A stretch of DNA of 64,000 nt from Planctomycetota bacterium (GTDB lineage: Bacteria; Planctomycetota; UBA1135; UBA2386), in NCBI GenBank assembly GCA_947501605.1, contig CANMWZ010000003.1, forward strand, positions 1 to 64,000, read 5' to 3'. The number at the start of each line of letters is the position of its first letter. Position 1 is the first letter of the stretch. The translations under genes were made by a program, and so were the position numbers. Of this stretch, positions 45,141 to 53,004 are shown piece after piece. A model generated the notes under the pieces. It was not told the DNA's origin. It worked only from the letters and a program-made list of their open reading frames with translations, and searched no databases.

Positions 45141-45809
45141 CTACGGCCGCAGAGATAGTGCGTTCGCCAGCATCCCGGACGTACGCGCAACCGCGAGGCT
45201 GCTGCCGTGAACGTGGGAGGGTGGCAAGCCCGGGACACCAGCCGGCGGGAAAGGCGACGCGAACCAGAACGAACCGGCGCCGACGCTCTGGAGCCGCGGC
45301 TGGGCCGCAGGCACGTTGCCATCGGCAACGACGAGTTCGAGTCCACCAATGGCTGCAAGGGCGTTGGCTCGGCCGCACGGAAGAGCTGCCGGAACGACGA
45401 TGCGCACGCCGCGATCAAGGAGGAACTTGGCGGCGTCCTTGAGCAGGGATTGCGCTTGCCGTGAGGCCCCGAAGTCGTCGTCGAAGCCAAGGCTGCAGTT
45501 GACGACGGCAACATCGGTCATCGCAATCTGACGCAACGCCGCCACCAAGGCCCGAACCGAGCTTCGACCGGCGGCATCGAACACGCGCAGGGGCACGACA
45601 ACCGCTCTCGGGCAGACACTCCACAGCGTCGTCGCAACCGCAGTTCCGTGTCCCAGTGGATCGCGAGGAATCGGCTCAGCGAAGGCGCCGCCGTCGGCGT
45701 CGATGTGCCAACCCGATTGGAGCGCGTAGCCGCGGCATCCGGGATGGCCAGGATCGATGCCGCTGTCGACCAGGGCGATGCGCACCGGACGCGGGGCGAT
45801 CTCAGACAT
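45141..45809 (-). CDS. qhpE: Subtilisin-like S8 leader peptidase, QhpE-like
   Basis: VDSGID, DPLGHGT and HGSSLA catalytic triad motifs; small size; follows qhpB. Confidence 0.8.
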   Translation of the reverse strand: MSEIAPRPVRIALVDSGIDPGHPGCRGYALQSGWHIDADGGAFAEPIPRDPLGHGTAVATTLWSVCPRAVVVPLRVFDAAGRSSVRALVAALRQIAMTDVAVVNCSLGFDDDFGASRQAQSLLKDAAKFLLDRGVRIVVPAALPCGRANALAAIGGLELVVADGNVPAAQPRLQSVGAGSFWFASPFPPAGVPGLPPSHVHGSSLAVARTSGMLANALSLRP

Positions 45810-46944
45810 CCAACATGTAGACCTGCCCCTGGATCTCGCCGTCGAACTCGACCACGCGCAGGAGCTGGAAGGTGACGGCATCGAACACCTGGAAGTCACT
45901 GCCGGCGCCGCCGACGTAGACCTTGCTACCGTCCGGCGCGATCGCTGCCAGCGACTGCCGTGGACGGAACTCGGTCTGGAACTCACGCAGCTTCTTGCCA
46001 TTCTCGAGGTCGTACAACTGGATGGTCGTCTTGCGGTCACTGCCGCCACCCCAGCCACCATTGCTCGACACAGTCAGTTTCGCATCCCGCGAAAGATAGG
46101 AACCGAACCCACTTGGTCCCTGACCCCACTCGACCATATCGGTGATCTTCTTCTGCTGGAGGTCGATATCCACGTAGCCCCAACTCGAGCGGCTGTGCTG
46201 CACCGGGTCGCTGTACGAGCACAACATGCGGTACTTGTTCGGGTCTCTGCCAAACAGCAGATCCGTGCGGCGCAGTGAGATACGGCCCTGGCCGGCGAAC
46301 TGTGGGGTGGCGAGATCGATCTTGCCCGTCTCCTTCAACGTCTTGGGGTCGACGATCTGCAGATTGCCGTCGCGGTCGAACACGTGCCATGAGAGGCCGT
46401 CGGGAGAGATCCGCGCACCGCGAGAGAGGATCTGCGGCATGCGCCGCATCTTGCGCACGATCTTTCGTTCGCCGACGTCGTAGAGCAACGTCTGCGCTGG
46501 CTGAAACTCATAGCGATCCACCAACTTCTTCACTCGATCGGTCTCGACGTACCATTGGGTCCCGCCGGGCAGTTCCGAAATGCTGCGCACGCGCACGATG
46601 ACGCCTTCTTCACTGAAGTCGTGGACCGACGCCACCGCGCCCTGCTTGCAGTCGACGATCTCAACCTTGCGCTGCGTGTCCGTGATCACGGCGAAGTGCT
46701 GACGGTCGAACAACAGGGTCACGCCCCAGGACATGCCATTCTGGAGTTGGATCTTCTTCACCACCGTGTCGGTGACTGGATCGAACTCGACCATGAAATC
46801 GGGATACGCCGCGAACCAGAAGTGCGCGGCGGGTACCGCAGGCGCGGCAGCGACGGGGTCCTGCGGTGGCGCCGAAGTGCACGCACATGCAGCGACCGAA
46901 GCCAGGCCAGCCAGCAAGAACGCGGCGATCGTAGAACGCGTCAC
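45802..46944 (-). CDS. qhpB: QHNDH beta subunit (beta-propeller) with lipoprotein-like signal
   Basis: Position after qhpC with GTGA overlap; propeller repeats (ISPDG, IAPDGSKVYVGGAGSDFQVFD). Confidence 0.78.
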   Translation of the reverse strand: MTRSTIAAFLLAGLASVAACACTSAPPQDPVAAAPAVPAAHFWFAAYPDFMVEFDPVTDTVVKKIQLQNGMSWGVTLLFDRQHFAVITDTQRKVEIVDCKQGAVASVHDFSEEGVIVRVRSISELPGGTQWYVETDRVKKLVDRYEFQPAQTLLYDVGERKIVRKMRRMPQILSRGARISPDGLSWHVFDRDGNLQIVDPKTLKETGKIDLATPQFAGQGRISLRRTDLLFGRDPNKYRMLCSYSDPVQHSRSSWGYVDIDLQQKKITDMVEWGQGPSGFGSYLSRDAKLTVSSNGGWGGGSDRKTTIQLYDLENGKKLREFQTEFRPRQSLAAIAPDGSKVYVGGAGSDFQVFDAVTFQLLRVVEFDGEIQGQVYMLDV

Positions 46945-47273
46945 GGGAACACCAAATCGATGGACTTCCAGTCTTGCACGGGCGCGCCACACGAGGCGGT
47001 CCACTTCGGGAAGTTGGTGACGCCGTCTGGCACTTGCGCTGGCCAATAGCAGGTGTGGTAGCAATCGTACAGGTCGCGCTCGATCGGCTGGCAGAGGCCG
47101 TGGACGCCGCCGCTGCTGTCGACTTCCCAGCCCGGAGCGAACACCGTCGTGCAACCATACGGATACTCCGTGGGCGGCGGATCCTGAGTCAACGGCATCA
47201 GGGCACCGCGCTGTTCGACGACGAGAGCCGCGATACGGCGCGCCTTTTGGTTGAGGGGGCGAACGTGTGTCAT
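46941..47273 (-). CDS. qhpC: QHNDH gamma subunit precursor (CTQ peptide)
   Basis: Leader MTHVRPLNQKA; core GCTTVFAPGWEVD...LCQPIERDLYDC...CYWPAQVPD...QDW...VFP matches the QhpC pattern. Confidence 0.95.
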   Translation of the reverse strand: MTHVRPLNQKARRIAALVVEQRGALMPLTQDPPPTEYPYGCTTVFAPGWEVDSSGGVHGLCQPIERDLYDCYHTCYWPAQVPDGVTNFPKWTASCGAPVQDWKSIDLVFP

Positions 47274-48691
47274 TGCGATTCGTACCTCGCGAAGAACTTG
47301 GGATCGTGCGCCATGATGCGCGCGTAAGCCTTCAGACCTTGGTCAACGTGACCGCGGATCCAGTCGCAAGCATGCAGGTTCGCTTTGCGTGCGTCCCCGT
47401 GGCGCACGTGCGCCTCGTGGTAGCAGCCACCGGCGCACAGCGGCCGGGCAAAACAAGTCTTGCAGTCGGTCTTGCGATCAATGTGGGCCTGTTCGAGAAA
47501 CGCCGTGCGGATCGACTCATCGACGCCCTTCTGCACCGTGCCGACAGCGTGGCTCTTGGATTCGACGAAGCGATGACAGAGAGCCAGTTCGCCCTCGGTC
47601 GAGACCCCGAGCAAACCAAGGCCCGCGCCACACGGATGCGCTTTCTGGATGCCCTGGTGGAGTTCGCGCAGCAGATCGTTGAGGTTGGCAAAGCCGTGCG
47701 CGCGACCCGCAATCGCGGCGGTCACGAAGTCCTCGGTGAGCGTCGCAAACTCGGACAACATGCGATCGTAGGCTCCTGGAGACAGCTCGTAGCCCCGTCC
47801 CGGCGCCGCCGTCACCGGCGCGAATCCGACTTCTTCGAAGCCCAGGTCATCGGTGAGATACCGATAGGTGTCGAGCACCGAGCCGGCGTCGTGGGTCAGC
47901 GTCACGCGCGCCCCGATCGGACGTCCGCGTTCTCGTCGATTGGTTGCGATCAAGGTGCGGATGCGTGGCTCGATGTCGGCGAACGAGCCCTTGCCGCTCT
48001 TGTAGCGACGGTGGCGGTCTTGTTCCTTCTCGTCGCCATCGATCGAGATCGTGATGCCAAAGCGGTGGGCGACCAGGAACTTGATGACCTCATCCGTGAG
48101 CAGGGTCGCGTTGGTCGTCAGCGAGAAGTGAATTCGCTTCTGGTGCCGCAGTGCCTCGGCTTCGGCATAGTCGACCGCTGCAATGATCGTCTGGAAGTTC
48201 AGCAGCGTCTCGCCGCCGAAGAACGTGATCGTCAGAACCGAGCGTTCGCCGCTGCTGCGGATCAAGAAGTCGATCGACTGCTTGGCCGTCTCCGGCAACA
48301 TCATCGCGCGCCCAGCCGGCGCATTGGCGGCGGTCAGCTTGTCGGCCCCGTACTCGTAACAATACGTGCAAGACAAGTTGCACTTGTTGGTGACGTTGAG
48401 CACCAGCGTCGCCAGCGGGAACGGCATCGGGGGCAGCGCCGCGCGCGGCGGCGAAGTCTCGCCATCTGGCCGCACGATGCCGAGGTCGATCAGGTCGCGC
48501 AGCGCCGCCTCGGCCTCGGGTTCCCCGAGTTCACGGAGAACCGTCACCGGATCCGCCGGCTCCAAGAAGGCGGCTGCAAGCCGATCCGCCAACGCATCGA
48601 CAGCGTGGATCGCCGCCGAATCCGTGAGGTAGAGATACGCGTTGCCACGGTCGTCGGTAACGCGATGGTGGAGGCCAGTGCGAAGCTTCAT
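47270..48691 (-). CDS. qhpD: QHNDH maturation radical SAM/SPASM enzyme
   Basis: CNLSCTYC, FFGGETLLNF, SPASM motifs PCGAG...CHRF...CKTC..RPLCAGGCYHE; N-terminal RRE-like domain. Confidence 0.93.
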   Translation of the reverse strand: MKLRTGLHHRVTDDRGNAYLYLTDSAAIHAVDALADRLAAAFLEPADPVTVLRELGEPEAEAALRDLIDLGIVRPDGETSPPRAALPPMPFPLATLVLNVTNKCNLSCTYCYEYGADKLTAANAPAGRAMMLPETAKQSIDFLIRSSGERSVLTITFFGGETLLNFQTIIAAVDYAEAEALRHQKRIHFSLTTNATLLTDEVIKFLVAHRFGITISIDGDEKEQDRHRRYKSGKGSFADIEPRIRTLIATNRRERGRPIGARVTLTHDAGSVLDTYRYLTDDLGFEEVGFAPVTAAPGRGYELSPGAYDRMLSEFATLTEDFVTAAIAGRAHGFANLNDLLRELHQGIQKAHPCGAGLGLLGVSTEGELALCHRFVESKSHAVGTVQKGVDESIRTAFLEQAHIDRKTDCKTCFARPLCAGGCYHEAHVRHGDARKANLHACDWIRGHVDQGLKAYARIMAHDPKFFARYESQ

Positions 48692-51027
48692 CGTTCTTCC
48701 CATTCGAGTCGGGTCCAGCGGATGTACTGCGGCACAGTGACAATCAGGCTCGCGCGGGCGCGGAAGCTCTTGCGCTCCATGAGTGGCGTCCCGCCGGTCG
48801 GCTTCAGCTCGTCGCCATCGCGCGGCGCCGGCATCGGCACTGGAATGCCCGCAGGCTCAGGCTTCGCCGCTACGGACGCTGGTTTCGGATTCGGCTCCTG
48901 CGCGCCGTCGCCGCCTGATTGTCCCGACGGCTGGGGGTCAGCACTCTCGGCCGGCTTCTCTGGGACATCCGGCTTCGGGGCTGCCGTGGACTTCGGCGGT
49001 GGTTCAGGACGCACCGGCACATCCAGTGCGACGGTGCACTCGACATAGACTTCGCCGATGTTGTTGGCGGACCATTTGCGCTGCACGTTCGGGCCGTCGA
49101 TCGCAGGCGTGAACTCGCCCGTCGCGCCATCGAGCGTGCCGACATAGCTGAGGTCGTCGTCATCATCGCGGACGATCGCTTCGCGCAGTGAGAACGTCGC
49201 CGGCACCATCCACAAATCGACATCGTCGGCAGTGAAGGGCTTCTCGTCCGGTCCGCGTGTGACGGTCACCGCTTCGAAGCGCTCGAGTTGCTTGGGGAAG
49301 CGGGCGCCACCAATGCGCGCAAGTCCCTGGGTCGGACGAATGCGCACGTAGTCGACGGCGTCATAGAGGCGGATTCGCGCGCGCGTTGGCTCGATGCCGA
49401 AGGCGACATCGCGCAAACCGACCGGGGTGCCAGGCGCGACATCGAGCCACAGTCGGCAGTCCGTAGGACTCGTACGTTCACAGCGCGTGACGGTGACTCC
49501 GAGACCGAGATGAAAGTCCGCAGCACGGAGCGTTTCCGGGAACGCGTCGCCGCGCACCGAGAGCACGTGGTCCTTGGCCGGCACGGTGACAAACGGTGCC
49601 GAGATCGCGAGGACACGCGGCACGCCGCGATGACGCACCATCGAGATGTCGACGCCGATCTCGTCGTAATCACCGGTGAAGAAGCGCCCGCGCATCGAGT
49701 CCCAGCGCTCGTCCAGCAGCAGCACCTCACGCCATGTGCGACCGCCTTCGCCGGGATCCGTCGCCCGACCGCGCCAGCTGTAGCCGCCGTAGAGCAAGCC
49801 CCGTCCGCGGCGGTCGATCTTGGCGCCACCCTGGACCTCGAGTTGCCAGTGCACTTCGTAATCGCCGTCCTCGACGCGAACGATGGTGGCGGTTCCGATC
49901 AGATCGCCGCGGCCGATCTCGTGACCCGTGACGGTCCAGTTCCCGGCGAGCGGCACCTCGCGACGGTTGATCGCCCACTCATTCCAGTCGTCGCTGAACA
50001 GCGCCTGCTTGTCGCCGAGTGCGGCGAGCACCCGATCGCCGCGATTGCCTTGGCGCGGACCTTGACCGCCGTCGCCAGAACCGCCAGCCGGCCCAGAACC
50101 GCCCGCCGGCGCGGCCGCGCCGCCGGTTGCACCGCGTCGGCCGCCGCGCGCCGCTGGGGCGGCGCCGCCACCTTGGCCACCGAATCGCTCCTCATCGTCC
50201 GGTGGACCGCCGCCGATCGAACCACGCGCGAGCGGGAACATGGCGACGTGCGTGTTGCGCAGCTGTTGCCATTCCTCGGCGTCCCGGGCCTGGCCGAGCA
50301 CGCGACCCAAGGTGTGGCAGCCCGAGCAAGCTTCGCGGAAGTCGGCGTCCTGGTGCTCCTCGGACCAGTGCACCCGCCGTTCACTTTCGTAGAGGCTGCG
50401 CTCGGCCTCCGCTCGGGTGAGGCCGTGGCGATCGGCGAGATAGCGCACGACCGCTTTGGCATCGGCGGGGGACATCTGCAGCCCGTGCAAGCGAATCATC
50501 CGCTTCAACGACTCGGACCAACCCTCGGGCGACTTGCGCATGTAGCTGATGCGCGTCATTAGGCCATTGGGGTCGCGCTGGTGACAACGAGCGCAGTGCG
50601 TCTCGACCAGGAGATCGGTCACTGGGATGCCGCGGCGCTGAGGCTTTGGCTCTTCGACCGCACCTTCGTCCTCGTTGTCCGCATTCTGCCCATTGCCCTG
50701 GCCACCTTCGGCGCCGCCGCGACGACCGCGACGTGGCGCGTCACCCTCGGGTCGCTCGACGATTGCGCCAGCCGCAGGCGGTTGTGTCGGAGCGGTGCCC
50801 GGCTCTTGGCCGCTCGCGGGTGTTGTCGTGCTGGCTCGGGCCGATGGAGTCTCCGGCGCGGGCTGCGGCACTACCGCGGGAATCGGTGGGTGGCCGGCTG
50901 GGAGCGGCTGCTGGGCCGGCTCCTGCGCCGTGAGCGCGCCGGACCACGTGAAAACGAGAAGGCAGCCAGCCAGGACGGATTTCATGCGCAGGGGGAACCG
51001 CGGTGAGAGCTCGTCGCGCATTGGCAT
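48688..51027 (-). CDS. qhpA: QHNDH alpha subunit (diheme c)
   Basis: Signal peptide; CARCH and CSGCH heme motifs; RKSPEGW; FTPAIDGPN.QRK..ANNIG; LIVTV; start may be ATG 50985. Confidence 0.93.
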   Translation of the reverse strand: MPMRDELSPRFPLRMKSVLAGCLLVFTWSGALTAQEPAQQPLPAGHPPIPAVVPQPAPETPSARASTTTPASGQEPGTAPTQPPAAGAIVERPEGDAPRRGRRGGAEGGQGNGQNADNEDEGAVEEPKPQRRGIPVTDLLVETHCARCHQRDPNGLMTRISYMRKSPEGWSESLKRMIRLHGLQMSPADAKAVVRYLADRHGLTRAEAERSLYESERRVHWSEEHQDADFREACSGCHTLGRVLGQARDAEEWQQLRNTHVAMFPLARGSIGGGPPDDEERFGGQGGGAAPAARGGRRGATGGAAAPAGGSGPAGGSGDGGQGPRQGNRGDRVLAALGDKQALFSDDWNEWAINRREVPLAGNWTVTGHEIGRGDLIGTATIVRVEDGDYEVHWQLEVQGGAKIDRRGRGLLYGGYSWRGRATDPGEGGRTWREVLLLDERWDSMRGRFFTGDYDEIGVDISMVRHRGVPRVLAISAPFVTVPAKDHVLSVRGDAFPETLRAADFHLGLGVTVTRCERTSPTDCRLWLDVAPGTPVGLRDVAFGIEPTRARIRLYDAVDYVRIRPTQGLARIGGARFPKQLERFEAVTVTRGPDEKPFTADDVDLWMVPATFSLREAIVRDDDDDLSYVGTLDGATGEFTPAIDGPNVQRKWSANNIGEVYVECTVALDVPVRPEPPPKSTAAPKPDVPEKPAESADPQPSGQSGGDGAQEPNPKPASVAAKPEPAGIPVPMPAPRDGDELKPTGGTPLMERKSFRARASLIVTVPQYIRWTRLEWEER

Positions 51028-51122
51028 GGGACGCGACCCTTAGACCATAGCCATGAACTCCCCCGGAGGGACAGCACCGGGGCAGCAAACATCGGGGCCC
51101 TCGTCGCCAGTGCGATCTGCCG

Positions 51123-52832
51123 CTACGACGCCCGAACCTGACCGCCCTCTAGGTGCACGATGCGATCCACGGCCACCGAGTCCGGTGGGCGATGGTCGAT
51201 CCACAACACGGTGCAAGGCCGCGGCAGCACCGAAAGGTAGCGCGCGAGGACGCGCTGCGCCGCCGCATCCAAGAACGCGAATGGCTCGTCGAGCACCAAG
51301 AGATCTGCCGGGCGCAACAACGTGCGCACAAGCAACAGTCGCCGCCACTGCCCGGCACTGAGTTCGTGGCTGCCGGCGAAGCTGCGGCCAAGCGGCGTGC
51401 CGAAGTCGTCGGGCAAGCCCGTCAACAGTTGGTCGAGACCCGCGGCCGCTGCACGCGCGCGGAGCGAAGCGTCCTCTTTGGCCTCGGCGCCAAACTCCAG
51501 GTTGTCGCGCACCGTGAGTTCGAACCCAACCGTGTCCTGGAAGAACACCGCAACGCGGCCGCGTAACTCCGCGGCGGCAACCGTGCGCAGATCGACGCCA
51601 TTGAGCAGCACTTCGCCCGCAGTCGGCAAGGCCAACCGACACAGCAACCGTACCAGGGTCGACTTGCCAGCGCCGTTGCCGCCAAGCAACGCGATGCGCT
51701 CGCCCGCCGCAATCTCGAGATCGACGCCGCGCAGCGCCGGCGAGGAACTCCCTGGGTAGCTGTAGCACACACCACGCAGGGCGATGGCCAGCGACCCCGC
51801 GGGCACTCGCGATGCGATCGCTGCGGTCACGGCCGCGGGCAAAGCCAGCGTTGGCTTGGTGGAAAGGAACCGGAACAGATGCTGCACGAAGCGCTGGTCG
51901 TCGCGCAGCGCAGCGTGGGCGAGCAAGCTGTCGCGCATGCCGTTCTGCGTTCGTTGAACGGCCTGCGCCTGCAGCAGCAATCCACCCAGCGTCAACTCCG
52001 AACGCAATGCCGCGAACGCGAGGAACGCATAGGCAGCAAACATGGCCAGCGTCGACAACGCTTGCGCCGCAGTCTCGGCGCGCGTGCGTCGGCGCATGAG
52101 ATCCAACTGCTCCTCGGTGAGGCGCGCGCGTTGTCGGTCGACGCGGATGGCCAGTGGTTCGGCGAGGTCGAGCAGGCGCACGTCCTTGGCCCAAGGCCGG
52201 CCGACGAGAATGCCGGCAAGGTAGCCGAGCCGACGCTGGGCTCCGGTGTTGGCTTCCTGCCACGAGAACTGCAGCCGGCTGTGGCGATGGCGCACGAGAA
52301 CCTGCGGCACGGCGGCGAGCGCGACCACCAGTGGCAGCCAGACGGCAGCCGTCGCGGTCGCGAGGACCATCGAAACCAACATCGCCGAAGCGACCACGAA
52401 GGCGGCAAGATCTTGGACGACCCTCGTTGGTCGGGTCAGAGCGTCGCCGGCGGCCCGGTGCAGCAGGTCGCGCACTTCTGGGGATTCGACCTGCTCCAGG
52501 TCGAGCGCGGCAGCGTGCCGTTGGACCAAGCTGGCGCAGCGATCGCCGCACAGGCGCGCGTGCCGTTCCCCGATCGCCGTGGCCACGGCGCCAATCACGG
52601 CACCAAACAGGGCGATGACGGACGCGGCACCGACCGCAAACCAGATCTCGGCTGCGACATCGGGCACCCCGCTGACGCCGCGTTGGACGGCATCGAGCAA
52701 GCGCTGCATCGCTAGCAACCCGAGCAGGGGCAGCGCACCTTGGCCGAGGCGCAGGGCGAGGTTCTGCCACAGCAGCGAACGACCCGCGAGTGCCGCAAGA
52801 CGCAGGGCCGATCGCAACGGGACGGCGGCCAT
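51123..52832 (-). CDS. qhpF: ABC exporter (fused TMD-NBD), QhpF-like
   Basis: TM helices, GGNGAGKST, LSAGQ, LVLDEP; head of the qhp operon. Confidence 0.72.
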   Translation of the reverse strand: MAAVPLRSALRLAALAGRSLLWQNLALRLGQGALPLLGLLAMQRLLDAVQRGVSGVPDVAAEIWFAVGAASVIALFGAVIGAVATAIGERHARLCGDRCASLVQRHAAALDLEQVESPEVRDLLHRAAGDALTRPTRVVQDLAAFVVASAMLVSMVLATATAAVWLPLVVALAAVPQVLVRHRHSRLQFSWQEANTGAQRRLGYLAGILVGRPWAKDVRLLDLAEPLAIRVDRQRARLTEEQLDLMRRRTRAETAAQALSTLAMFAAYAFLAFAALRSELTLGGLLLQAQAVQRTQNGMRDSLLAHAALRDDQRFVQHLFRFLSTKPTLALPAAVTAAIASRVPAGSLAIALRGVCYSYPGSSSPALRGVDLEIAAGERIALLGGNGAGKSTLVRLLCRLALPTAGEVLLNGVDLRTVAAAELRGRVAVFFQDTVGFELTVRDNLEFGAEAKEDASLRARAAAAGLDQLLTGLPDDFGTPLGRSFAGSHELSAGQWRRLLLVRTLLRPADLLVLDEPFAFLDAAAQRVLARYLSVLPRPCTVLWIDHRPPDSVAVDRIVHLEGGQVRAS

Positions 52833-52927
52833 CAGTGGCTGCGAGTCCTGGATAGCAAGGACCGTTCTGGCTGAGGTTTATGGATCTTCGAGCCCAGCAG
52901 AATCCCCCTACCCACCCCCCCTCCAGC

Positions 52928-52955
52928 GGTTCCGATAAGATTTGTTATGTAAAGT
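52928..52955. other. dif: dif-like XerC/XerD recombination site
   Basis: GGTTCCGATAA-GATTTG-TTATGTAAAGT, an 11-6-11 layout like E. coli GGTGCGCATAA-TGTATA-TTATGTTAAAT; AT-rich patch in an intergenic region. Confidence 0.82.
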
Positions 52956-53004
52956 TCGGAGGGGGAGCCACAGGGGGGAGAGCCCGAGCCCTTGGGCGAC
53001 GCAC

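Noticed and set aside
46941..48691. Novel antimicrobial sactipeptide/ranthipeptide cluster
   Set aside because: The peptide matches the QhpC pattern and is flanked by diheme alpha and propeller beta subunits, so it is an enzyme subunit.
47267..50562. Long plus-strand ORFs opposite qhpD and qhpA, and similar shadows opposite alaS and the GH36-like gene
   Set aside because: The opposite strand carries clear family motifs, so these are shadow frames.
43676..52955. qhp cluster as an intact Xer-integrated mobile element
   Set aside because: No second dif-like half-site, integrase or replication gene was seen at the other boundary.
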